This document shows positions 38,261-49,400 of a stretch of DNA of 64,000 nucleotides, in pieces. This DNA comes from Albugo candida (Eukaryota). Each line of letters begins with the position of its first letter. Within the stretch, counting starts at the first letter, position 1. The DNA lies in the NCBI GenBank assembly GCA_040437565.1, contig JBDOQK010000074.1, positions 1-64,000 on the forward strand, given 5' to 3'. Position numbers and translations under genes: made by a program. The notes beneath the pieces are model-generated. The model had not been told where the DNA came from. It did no database searches and saw only the letters and a list, made by a program, of their open reading frames with translations.

Positions 38261-39085
38261 TTGGTGATAGTCAAACGGCTGCTGCAGACGTCAGCTACAG
38301 CTAAAGTGACGCTCAGAGCACGGCATCGCGTCGCGAAAGTGTCGCCGTCGGAATCGGAATGTTTCCAGCATACAAGGCTTCAAATGTAGGTGTACATCAC
38401 GTATATTTCGTACCTTGTGCGAATTCGAGCATGATAAACGCTTTTATGTCGTATTCGGAGGTTACACGGGCGAGCTTTCCAGCGCGGAAAGAGAGCACAC
38501 GATGAATGCGGCTCGAAACTTTGGACAAAGCGTTAATGTCCTTCGTTATTTGCATCAAATGCGTACGCATATTGCAAGTTATTCGTAAAAATGTCGTTTT
38601 GAGAGACGATTACGTGAAGCAATATATGTGCCTTCGGACTGGCGGTGTCTACTCAGTCATCACGTTCAGGACGTGACGGAAAGGCTTTTCCCGTGGCCAG
38701 ATAATTGATACAAGGCGGTTAAGTCTATTGCGAGTAGCTCGAACACCATCTTCAATGTATCTCATCATCGTGTCACAAGGGCGTTTTAGCTCTCCTCATA
38801 ATTGAAAATTACAGCGTGTGATACCCAAAGCTAGAAATCGATGTATTGTATGAAATACTTTTTGTCAATCCCCAAAAGCGACTTCCATTGATTCAAGTAA
38901 AACAGCACCCGTTGTGGCAGATGAATCATACCTATAATTTTAATACAACACTAGAAAGAAACGATCTCTACACTGTTTCGACGCATTTTTTGAGCGGAAA
39001 GTATCATTCTTTCCATTTTATCTTATACTAAAAGGCTCAGTATGGTGACAGAAGACAACAGTCTCATAGCCGTGACTGACCTCTT
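38261..39085 (+). pseudogene. Decayed paralogue of the 34416-35465 kinase
   Basis: Co-linear nucleotide matches: TTGGTG..AGTCAAACGG, AAGTGACGCTCA, ATCGGAATGT, GAATTCGAGCATGAT, TTCGGACTGGC, CGGAAAGGCTTTT, AGAAACGATCT; many stops and deletions. Confidence 0.88.
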
Positions 39086-40701
39086 TGGACCCAGAAAAAT
39101 ACGTGAATCAAACGCATGACCCCCCAAGCTCCCTTTTTGCTCCTTTTCGACTTCTTTGCGTTTCTTCGTTTTCCAATTAGCTTCAGCATTTGGATGAATC
39201 GCTGATTGAGCAGAAATGCTTTTCGACTTTGTGCTTGTAATCGCTCTCTGACAAATCCTACTTGCTCAGAAGCCTCTTCCGCAAAAGCACGAATTTGTAC
39301 CTCATCGACAAGGAATTATATCAGCAATATATTCCGATCTATTCAGCAAGTTACCATGATAAAGTGCTGTCCAAACATCTGGAGCTAATTTACAATATCG
39401 GAATACACACCTTCGTGGTCTTCTGTCAGTCATCATACTCTCCAAGTCCTGAGCGTATTGCTCACCAACAGCCTTTCAACCAAGTGATAAGCCATTTTAT
39501 CAGTTGATGCGCCGAGTCCGTCAAATTGGTCGCATCGGCCTCGAATTCTGCCTTTTTAGGAGTGCTAATAAAGCTTCGAGTTCAGCTGTCATGCCAACTT
39601 GCTTTCACCACCACCCCAGTTCGACTTTAAAGTATAATTTTACCGTACCTTCATACTGCGATTGGATACCAGGACAGCAGATATTGTTTGGTGTCACGTA
39701 AATCTGCTAAAATGCTTTCCTTCGCTCGGAATCTTGACAGCGATCTGCTATGCGAATTTTCAAACCCGCATAAATATACCATGACATCATCGAACGAAAT
39801 GTTTGGATAAATTCTGTTGAAGGATTCGAACCGGTTGTTTTCGAAGGATTACAAGAATGAATTATAGCATGCCGTGCCAGATGAAATGAGTACGTCAAAA
39901 TGGCTTACATCAGGAACCACTTTCTATAGAGACGCAGTGAGCTTTCTGTACTCACACCTTGGGCAACTTGTATTTACGCTCGACCCCACCCAGCGCGTCC
40001 GAATAATCCAACATCAAAGAAGGTCTAACGATCATAGTCATATAAGCAGTAGTTGGTGTTCGAGAAAGACTACTTCACGGTCTTTTTGTGTTCAAACAAC
40101 TTTAGTTATTGCTCAGCGTACGGATCAATATGGTATTGCAATCAAAGTACAACAGCCAAAGGCAGCAGAATAAGAAGCGAGAAGGTATATATCATAATGA
40201 TTCCACAAGTGATACATCAATTCAGCTTATATTCGCAACTGTGTGGCCAGAGCTGCGCCTTAAGTCGTACCAAACCGTGACACTAAAAAGCTCCTACGGT
40301 CGAGTGCTTGAAGCTTGAGCGCGCGGAAATATCATATAATGGATGGATACTGAGCGTTAATATTATTCTAGAAACGATCTCCCTTATAACCGTGAGTTTT
40401 TTTGGATACAATGTATCTTTCCTCACTATTGGGATGGTGTCATGCAATTAGGAATCCATTACACATCCATCCTCCTTCTCTGAATCACACGCCTGAGCTG
40501 TGCGCTGCCTATTTGATTGTCTTCGCCTTCGGGTGCTCGTCCCTGCAGTGCCCCNNNNNNNNNNNNNNNNNNNNNNNNNNNNNNNNNNNNNNNNNNNNNN
40601 NNNNNNNNNNNNNNNNNNNNNNNNNNNNNNNNNNNNNNNNNNNNNNNNNNNNNNTTTGGATACAATGTATCTTTCCTCACTATTGGGATGGTGTCATGCA
40701 A

Positions 40702-41913
40702 TTAGGAATCCATTACACATCCATCCTCCTTCTCTGAATCACACGCCTGAGCTGTGCGCTGCCTATTTGATTGTCTTCGCCTTCGGGTGCTCGTCCCTGC
40801 AGTGCCCCCTTCCGTTGATGCTCTTCGCCTTTTAGTGCTTTTCTTTTTTGGTCTCTGAATGCTAGCGGTTATTTCATACGTTTTCATGTCACCTGTTGTA
40901 TCGATGCTGATTTTCAACATATTCAATATCTTCCCCCCTAGTACCCAGTTGTTGCTATCACTGGGTAGAAACTGAACCAGTTGCCCGTCAGAAGGCCAAC
41001 CAAATAGGTCTTGTAGTGCAACGGTTGTGGGGTTGCCTGAAAATGAAATTTGCATCCCTCCCGAATAGCTTTTATCAACAACGTCATATTTGATCTCTCT
41101 CTGGAAATTACCATCTTCAGTTACACGGAAACCTCTACGTTTGATCCCGTCTATGACCTCTTGATAAGGCTTTTCTGGTAGCTTGATCATTCCATCACTA
41201 AGACGAATTATAACTTTTTGATCACGATAAGTTGAGACATGATACTTCGGATCACCAAATTCGAATTGAGGAAGACGAAGATCGCTCTCAGGTAAAAAAT
41301 TGTGGACTTCAGGAGCGAAATCTGGAGTATTTACAGCGTAAGCTATATATCCCCATATATACCGTTCAAATGAATAGATTCCTCGTGGAGCCAGTTCGAA
41401 GAACTCGTCAGGATCGAGAAACGTCATCCTAGCCGAGCGAAACACTTTTCCTTCTTTTTCTAGAGTTTTCAGGTGTGCTGCAGATATTTGCCAGCAACCT
41501 GTTATGAACGGCGTATGAACGATATTACCATATTCCTGGGAATCCCTGATTCGTGGTTTATAATGAGAATTCAGATCGCTTGCGTCAAATATCGGAGGGT
41601 TGGCGATTTTGTAAATTGTGTCGTACTTATCGTGAGGTTTATGCCGATCTTTTGAAAATAAACGGATATTCGTTTCAGGAAAGCAGCGTTTGTAATTTTT
41701 TCTATCGTCATAAATACCATCCAAATAAAATGCTATTAGATAGTCATCCGGATTTGTTCGCGCTATTGCTATCTCCAGTCCCCCCTTCGATTGCCTTTTC
41801 TCGTTCAGCCTCGAAGGCACAAATGTCATGTTGTCTTTCCTGATGGTGTGGCTATATGCTGCTGGTAAGCCAAGTAAGGCAATGCAGCACGCATGTAGTG
41901 GTTGAGTCTTCAT
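40702..41913 (-). CDS. Putative secreted protein (~403 aa), possibly divergent pepsin-like fold, basic C-terminal tail
   Basis: Within ORF 40702-42081; internal Met 41913 gives signal-peptide-like MKTQPLHACCIALLGLPAAYS; NWVLGGKILNMLKISID and KVIIRLSDGMIKLPEKPY resemble A1 protease C-lobe motifs; RPKKKSTKRRR tail. Confidence 0.65.
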   Translation of the reverse strand: MKTQPLHACCIALLGLPAAYSHTIRKDNMTFVPSRLNEKRQSKGGLEIAIARTNPDDYLIAFYLDGIYDDRKNYKRCFPETNIRLFSKDRHKPHDKYDTIYKIANPPIFDASDLNSHYKPRIRDSQEYGNIVHTPFITGCWQISAAHLKTLEKEGKVFRSARMTFLDPDEFFELAPRGIYSFERYIWGYIAYAVNTPDFAPEVHNFLPESDLRLPQFEFGDPKYHVSTYRDQKVIIRLSDGMIKLPEKPYQEVIDGIKRRGFRVTEDGNFQREIKYDVVDKSYSGGMQISFSGNPTTVALQDLFGWPSDGQLVQFLPSDSNNWVLGGKILNMLKISIDTTGDMKTYEITASIQRPKKKSTKRRRASTEGGTAGTSTRRRRQSNRQRTAQACDSEKEDGCVMDS

Positions 41914-43938
41914 GGTGTTCCCTGTTGATCGAGTATTGGGTTGTGATGAACCTTTACCATAATGGATAATGGTATTGGGTGAGATTCTATTGGTGAGGGT
42001 GTTGACAAAAAGGTCGCATGCCTCGCTAAGTACACTTCCCGGCAACGTTTTCAAACTATCGATTACGTACTTTGCGAGCATGGAAGCGAACCGTGAACAT
42101 GCAGGTGGGACTTATANNNNNNNNNNNNNNNNNNNNNNNNNNNNNNNNNNNNNNNNNNNNNNNNNNNNNNNNNNNNNNNNNNNNNNNNNNNNNNNNNNNN
42201 NNNNNNNNNNNNNNNNGTTGATCGAGTATTGGGTTGTGATGAACCTTTACCATAATGGATAATGGTATTGGGTGAGATTCTATTGGTGAGGGTGTTGACA
42301 AAAAGGTCGCATGCCTCGCTAAGTACACTTCCCGGCAACGTTTTCAAACTATCGATTACGTACTTTGCGAGCATGGAAGCGAACCGTGAACATGCAGGTG
42401 GGACTTATAGGTGCACACTATCGTAATTGTGCTGTTTGCCTCGTAAAGTGAACAACTTTGAAAACAATCAGGTAACCTTTTGCGGGCATACAGGAAAATC
42501 CCAACGTGCAGGTAAGACTCGTAAGTGCGTAACTCGTAATCATGAAAGCTCCTGACATGGCTTGCTTCGTGAAAGGTAGCATTTTTTTGACCCGATGGAA
42601 TTGTGTGTACGCAGGATACGTGTCACTATTATGAGAACTCAATTGGGCAAAGTCTCAGTTGATGTCTGTTCATATTTGCACTCCTCTGACTAAAAGCTTC
42701 GTAGGACGATATTTGCGATTTATGACATGTACTGACACTGTGATGCTGCTACATTTGAACTGATTGAAAACCGGATACAATTTGAAGTACATCGTCGGGT
42801 TTTGTTGGAATTGAAAGTATTATCACCTAAGCGTTCATTTTTTCTCAATGTCTTTGTGAGGGTTCTACACGGCGAACCGCTTTGTGTAGCGTTCAATGCC
42901 GAAATAATGCCAGTGCATATGTCTTCAATTCTATGTCGTCGAACCATGAGACCTGACAATACATCTGTATCTGCTATCGCTGCAATCCCAAATGGCCTCG
43001 CCTTTTGCTTTCAAGCGGTGACAATAGCAATCATTGTGTGGCANNNNNNNNNNNNNNNNNNNNNNNNNNNNNNNNNNNNNNNNNNNNNNNNNNNNNNNNN
43101 NNNNNNNNNNNNNNNNNNNNNNNNNNNNNNNNNNNNNNNNNNNTACACGGCGAACCGCTTTGTGTAGCGTTCAATGCCGAAATAATGCCAGTGCATATGT
43201 CTTCAATTCTATGTCGTCGAACCATGAGACCTGACAATACATCTGTATCTGCTATCGCTGCAATCCCAAATGGCCTCGCCTTTTGCTTTCAAGCGGTGAC
43301 AATAGCAATCATTGTGTGGCAGAATCAAGCAAATGCAACATGTACGATGCCACTTCAGTAACAGTAGTGGAATCCATTAACAGTTTTTGTTCGAGTCAAT
43401 GTTACTCACTCTTTCATAAAAGTGCAAGTTATAAAAAGACAGCCNNNNNNNNNNNNNNNNNNNNNNNNNNNNNNNNNNNNNNNNNNNNNNNNNNNNNNNN
43501 NNNNNNNNNNNNNNNNNNNNNNNNNNNNNNNNNNNNNNNNNNNNCACTCTTTCATAAAAGTGCAAGTTATAAAAAGACAGCCCACAACCTTGTTAGCCAG
43601 GTATCAGTGTTGTCGAGCATTTCAGGTTGGTAGTAGGCTGTTGTAATGTACATCTTAGACATGCAGACAGACTTGAATGGTACACGTCGAGGTATCTTGG
43701 TATCTTTGAAGACGATGTGGCCACACATCGAACGAGTATGTCAACGAGGGAATGATGTTGCCTCTCATAGAAGAAAATGTTTACATGAGATATCATAGAT
43801 TCCTAAGTTTACCGGCATTAAGAACGCTTGTACACCTCTATTGAAACATGTCAAAGTACCTCGGCTTTGAATGCACGTCATATAGACCCAAGCGCATCGA
43901 TTTCGTTGGTCATAAAACAACTCGAAGATCTTCCATAA

Positions 43939-46233
43939 ATGCCAGTCTTCTCGGCTTCACCGGTTGCCACTCTTTTAGGACTATTTGTATCAATCTCTTC
44001 TTCATATGCTCATGCTTGCGAGTACCCTTTCGATCATTTTCCGTTTTGTAATTCTTCCCTTTTGCTGAGTTTACGCGTCAAAGATCTGTTGCAACGGCTG
44101 CAACTCGATGAGAAAATTCGAATGCTGACGGCCAGAGCAGGTACTCATGGAAGTGTTCCACGTCTCGGAGTACCTGAGTACAATTGGGGAGCCAATTGTG
44201 TGCACGGAGTTCAGTCTACCTGTGGAACCCACTGCGCGACATCCTTTCCAAATCCTGTGAATTTGGGAGCCATTTTTGATCCAAATGAAATCTATAAAAT
44301 GGCACAAGTAATCGGAGTAGAGTTACGAACATTAAGGTTGGAAGGTGCTCGAGAGAATTACAAGAACGGACCGCATATCGGTCTGGATTGCTGGTCACCC
44401 AACATCAATATCAATCGTGATCCACGATGGGGCAGAGCAATGGAGACACCATCGGAAGATCCTTTTGTGAATGCAAACTATGGAGTTGCGTATACGAAGG
44501 GATTGCAAGAAGGTCAAGACAGCCGATTTCTTCAAGCAGTAGTGACGCTGAAGCATTACGTGGCGTACTCATACGAGAACTATGGCGGAACTGATAGAAC
44601 TCAATTTGACGCAATTGTTTCTGCTTACGACTTTGCTGACACGTACTTTCCAGCTTTTGAAGCTTCCGTCGTGGATGGGAATGCAAAGGGGATCATGTGC
44701 TCGTACAATAGTTTAAATGGTGTCCCAACGTGTGCAAATAAGTGGCTTAATCGATTGCTTCGCGAACAAACTGGGTTTGACGGGTACATCACGAGCGATA
44801 CAGGTGCTATTGAAGGAATTTTTGAAGGGCACAAATACACAAAGACACTGTGTGAAGCCGCTAAGATCGCAATTGAATCGGGAGTTGACATATGCAGTGG
44901 AAATGCTTATTGGAACTGTTTTAAGCAACTTGCGAATTCCACGAGTTTCTTCAATGCAGTCGATGAAGCTATTGGACGCACATTAAGATTGAGATTTGAA
45001 CTTGGCCTTTTCGATCCGATCGCTGACCAGCCTCACTTTACACCTGAAGATGTCAGGACACCAAAATCGCTAAAATTGAGCATGGATCTCGCAAGAAGGT
45101 CAATTGTATTGCTTCAGAATAATGGCAATACATTACCGCTACGCCGTAGTGTTCGAATTGCTGTCATTGGCCCACATTCGATGACGAGAAGAGGTGCAAT
45201 GGGTAATTATTATGGTCAATTGTGCCACGGTGAGTACGATGAAGTGCGTTGTGTGCAAAGCCCGCTGGAGGCCATACAATCAATAAATGGACGAAACAAT
45301 ACGATCCATGTTAATGGCTGCGGGATAAATGACACATCCACCTCTGAATTCGGAAAAGCCCTTCAAGCTGCTCAAACCGCTGATGTAGCAGTTCTGTTTC
45401 TCGGAATCGACACCAGCATTGAGCGTGAATCCAAAGATCGAGATAACATCAATGTCCCACTTATCCAATTGGAGCTGTTAAAAGTTATACGCAGGGCTGA
45501 GAAGCCTACTGTTGTTGTCCTCTTTAATGGTGGAATTCTCGGCATCGAAAAGCTCATCTTGTACGCTGACAGCGTGCTTGAAGCGTTTTATCCTGGAATT
45601 TTCGGTGCTCAGGCCGTCGCTGAAATTCTGTTTGGTGATGTTAATCCGAGTGGCAAACTTCCAGTGACAATGTACCGATCCAATTTCATCGATCATGTTG
45701 ATATGAAGAACATGAATATGACAATGTATCCTGGTCGTAGCTATCGATATTACGCAGAGGTTCCAGTGTTTCCATTTGGATGGGGATTGAGTTACACAAA
45801 TTTCAGTATCCAATCGATGGAAACCCAAAAAGAGCGCGGGATCCGTCCTGTGCTCACAACACATCCAAAAGAGTATCGAATTCAGATCACAAATAATGGA
45901 AAGTATTACGGCGAAGAGGTGATATTTGCCTTTTTTCGACCACTTGAGATCCGCGCAACCGGTCCGGTGGAATCACTTCAACAACAACTTTTCAACTACA
46001 CACGCGTTCGTCTTGCTCCCGGCGAAGTGCGGAAAGTGCAGCTGTATGTGACGGATGAAAGGCTTGCATTACACGATAAGCACGGCAATTTGTGCGTTTT
46101 TGAAGGTTTTTATGAGCTAATCATTTCCAACGGCGTGAACGAACAGCTCACTTTTCCAGTACAGATACCCGGCCCTTTGCGAATGCTTCGACCATTTCAC
46201 AAAAGTACAAACTCGAAAGTAGCAGTAAAATGA
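43939..46233 (+). CDS. Secreted glycoside hydrolase family 3 (beta-xylosidase/beta-glucosidase-like)
   Basis: Signal peptide, WSPNININRDPRWGRAMETPSEDP, KHY, IMCSYN, GYITSD nucleophile motif, NPSGKLPVT, FPFGWGLSYT, FnIII-like tail; 764 aa. Confidence 0.96.
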   Translation: MPVFSASPVATLLGLFVSISSSYAHACEYPFDHFPFCNSSLLLSLRVKDLLQRLQLDEKIRMLTARAGTHGSVPRLGVPEYNWGANCVHGVQSTCGTHCATSFPNPVNLGAIFDPNEIYKMAQVIGVELRTLRLEGARENYKNGPHIGLDCWSPNININRDPRWGRAMETPSEDPFVNANYGVAYTKGLQEGQDSRFLQAVVTLKHYVAYSYENYGGTDRTQFDAIVSAYDFADTYFPAFEASVVDGNAKGIMCSYNSLNGVPTCANKWLNRLLREQTGFDGYITSDTGAIEGIFEGHKYTKTLCEAAKIAIESGVDICSGNAYWNCFKQLANSTSFFNAVDEAIGRTLRLRFELGLFDPIADQPHFTPEDVRTPKSLKLSMDLARRSIVLLQNNGNTLPLRRSVRIAVIGPHSMTRRGAMGNYYGQLCHGEYDEVRCVQSPLEAIQSINGRNNTIHVNGCGINDTSTSEFGKALQAAQTADVAVLFLGIDTSIERESKDRDNINVPLIQLELLKVIRRAEKPTVVVLFNGGILGIEKLILYADSVLEAFYPGIFGAQAVAEILFGDVNPSGKLPVTMYRSNFIDHVDMKNMNMTMYPGRSYRYYAEVPVFPFGWGLSYTNFSIQSMETQKERGIRPVLTTHPKEYRIQITNNGKYYGEEVIFAFFRPLEIRATGPVESLQQQLFNYTRVRLAPGEVRKVQLYVTDERLALHDKHGNLCVFEGFYELIISNGVNEQLTFPVQIPGPLRMLRPFHKSTNSKVAVK

Positions 46234-46445
46234 ATCCTATAGCATTGGAATCTTTTTACGTTGCGGAATTGCATGCTTTTGAAATACATGTTGTTGTGTA
46301 TTTCCGTGTTCCACAAAACTATTCAGCCCGTATTGATAACGGCTATTCTGACGTAGCGGAGGGTATCTGGCTCATGAATTTCGGGCTTTGTGAGAATAAC
46401 GGGAAGGGAAGTAGAGTACAAGATACGATTGAAAAGTCTTTGTAT

Positions 46446-49400
46446 ATGGACGTCACAAATCCTCAGGGCTTTACAAATGCACCACGCTCCATAGGCGTTA
46501 CAAGCGTGCCATCATCGGCTCCGACTGCGAAATCACGCGCTACTGAGAATGCTTACGAGAAACTCTCACGCGATGTGCATCAAATGACCAGCACAGGCGC
46601 TATCCATCATGACTGGCTTGAGAATCCGAAAGGCTTCTTATTGAAACCTGATTTCAAACGCAAATTACAGCATGTTGGCGCCGGTGGGAAGAAGCTTCAG
46701 GCCGGGACTTCGATTGGTATACGGCTGCATATGCCTGGAAGCACATATCGTCTTCGTTGGTTTGTTCTCGATGGAATGGTATTGCGCTATTTCAAGACAC
46801 AGAATGAAGAGCAGGAGCTTGGTGCTATCCATCTCGCGTCTGTGAATGCAGTGCTACCTTCCAGTATTGCTGATGCTCCAGAATTCGCTTTAGATTTGGT
46901 GTGTATATTTTCGAGTGATAGGTAGTGTCCTCGCTCACTTTCTTTTGAGGTTTGTGCCGATCGCATTTATACGATTGCGGGAAATGACCGAGAAGATATG
47001 GTGCGTTGGGCAACCGTTCTCACACTTGTGGTACGCAATCCACTTCAATCGATTCATTGCGTCTAAGCTTTTTGTGATAGCTTCGGGAAGAGTATCGCCC
47101 CAAACTCATGCAACGTCCAGAGTCCACTGTTATCCGTGGAAGTGCCGCGATTCCTCGTCCAAGTGCGCGGAAGACGGGACAATTGAGCTTTCAGCCTGGC
47201 GCAGTTGGAAACATCAGCCAAACCATGACGTCTAGGTTCACAGATGTCAATTCTATTCGACGAACGGGATCGCCGTTTGATGAACTTGTGGCTGAAGATG
47301 ACATCAAAGAGAAGATCATCACCATTACGTTTGAGCAGCTCGGACCGCTAAGGCTACAACTTCGCGGTTCGTAACGAGTCGTGCAAGCATGGATCTTCTC
47401 GCTGACACATCTTAATACACAGGAACTGTTGAGGACGAAGTAATGATTTGCGGCTTTGAGAAAAATGAAGACGGGAGTCCCGGCTTGGCGGAAGCTTCCG
47501 GGGCCATTCGCGAGGGCGATTTTCTTATCTCAATCAATCAACACTACTTTACAACGATTGAATTTGATAAAGCTATTGAGATGATTCAGCAAGCATCGAG
47601 ACCTCTGACTTTACGATTCTCGCGGCTTGAGGATGTCAGAAAAGGAAAATTTGGTACGATGACTTTGTCACCAGCAGCAACAGCGGGAGGCACCTCACCT
47701 TCGGACACAACGATGAGCCAAAAACGCGTCGCAGAAGGCTGGGTACTGGCAAAAGAACCAACAGCAGATCGTTATCGGATTCGTATTCTCCAATTATATG
47801 GCGATGTCTTACGTCTCTATAAGCCGAGCTTGCAGGGCGTTCGAGCGGAGAATCCTTGCCTTGTTGTACGTCTTCACGATGTTACGGACATTCGACCAAC
47901 AAAAGACACGCGAGAGACTACAAGCGCGTGCACTCAATGTCATCCAAAACGATGGGGCGTCACGCTCCAAGGACAGCAAGTCATGTTCACATTCTACACA
48001 AAAAGCCACATCGACATGACAGAATGGATCGATTACATCAAAAATTCACCGCTATTCTCCGCAAAACAAATGGTTCCTTCCGTTTCTCCAGCGAAATGTG
48101 CACGCATTTCCATTCCCGTTCTTCCCATCGCCGTCGTTGAGAAAAATATCGCATTAGAACCGCGTGNNNNNNNNNNNNNNNNNNNNNNNNNNNNNNNNNN
48201 NNNNNNNNNNNNNNNNNNNNNNNNNNNNNNNNNNNNNNNNNNNNNNNNNNNNNNNNNNNNNNNNNNTTTGATAAAGCTATTGAGATGATTCAGCAAGCAT
48301 CGAGACCTCTGACTTTACGATTCTCGCGGCTTGAGGATGTCAGAAAAGGAAAATTTGGTACGATGACTTTGTCACCAGCAGCAACAGCGGGAGGCACCTC
48401 ACCTTCGGACACAACGATGAGCCAAAAACGCGTCGCAGAAGGCTGGGTACTGGCAAAAGAACCAACAGCAGATCGTTATCGGATTCGTATTCTCCAATTA
48501 TATGGCGATGTCTTACGTCTCTATAAGCCGAGCTTGCAGGGCGTTCGAGCGGAGAATCCTTGCCTTGTTGTACGTCTTCACGATGTTACGGACATTCGAC
48601 CAACAAAAGACACGCGAGAGACTACAAGCGCGTGCACTCAATGTCATCCAAAACGATGGGGCGTCACGCTCCAAGGACAGCAAGTCATGTTCACATTCTA
48701 CACAAAAAGCCACATCGACATGACAGAATGGATCGATTACATCAAAAATTCACCGCTATTCTCCGCAAAACAAATGGTTCCTTCCGTTTCTCCAGCGAAA
48801 TGTGCACGCATTTCCATTCCCGTTCTTCCCATCGCCGTCGTTGAGAAAAATATCGCATTAGAACCGCGTGTCCTGCTTCACGATTCCATACACAAATTGG
48901 GCGATCTATCACCGACATTGACGCTGTATGTGTTTGTGCTTTTCGAAGACGGCAGGTTGTCGTATTTTATCAACAAAGAGCGTGCCCATATCCAAAGTCG
49001 TCCCATTGGCACCGTACGATGTGATAATCTCATTGCAATAACCGCAAGCCAAGTCACAAAGCAGTTATGGAGCAATTGGACGGATGCTTTACCGAGTCAC
49101 ACAAAGGTCTCAAAAGCATCCGATGAATGCTGGCGACTTGAGCTCAACGTACAGACATACTCACCGACGACGATGCAAAAGTGTCAGCGGCCCTTTGCTT
49201 TGTATTTTGTATCACGAGACGAATTGATCAAGTGGGCGATTCATATATGCCGAGAAGTCTCACGCCTCACGGGCCAAAAGTTGGATTTGAATTTCGTGAA
49301 TCATTCCGATACTTTGAACGATACATTTCGATGCAGCAAGCAACAAGTAGGAGATCCATTGGGATTGACGTTGGCACTGCATCAGCCGAAATGCATCGAC

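Noticed and set aside
41914-42081. N-terminal extension of the 459-aa ORF
   Set aside because: The signal-peptide-like segment begins at internal Met 41913, so the upstream part is probably 5' non-coding.
27665-48870. Further exact direct repeats at gaps near 28.2, 30.5, 35.7, 40.6, 42.2, 43.1, 43.5 and 48.2 kb, including the apparent extra PH domain at 47563-48166
   Set aside because: All abut 100-N gaps and appear identical; systematic scaffolding overlaps.
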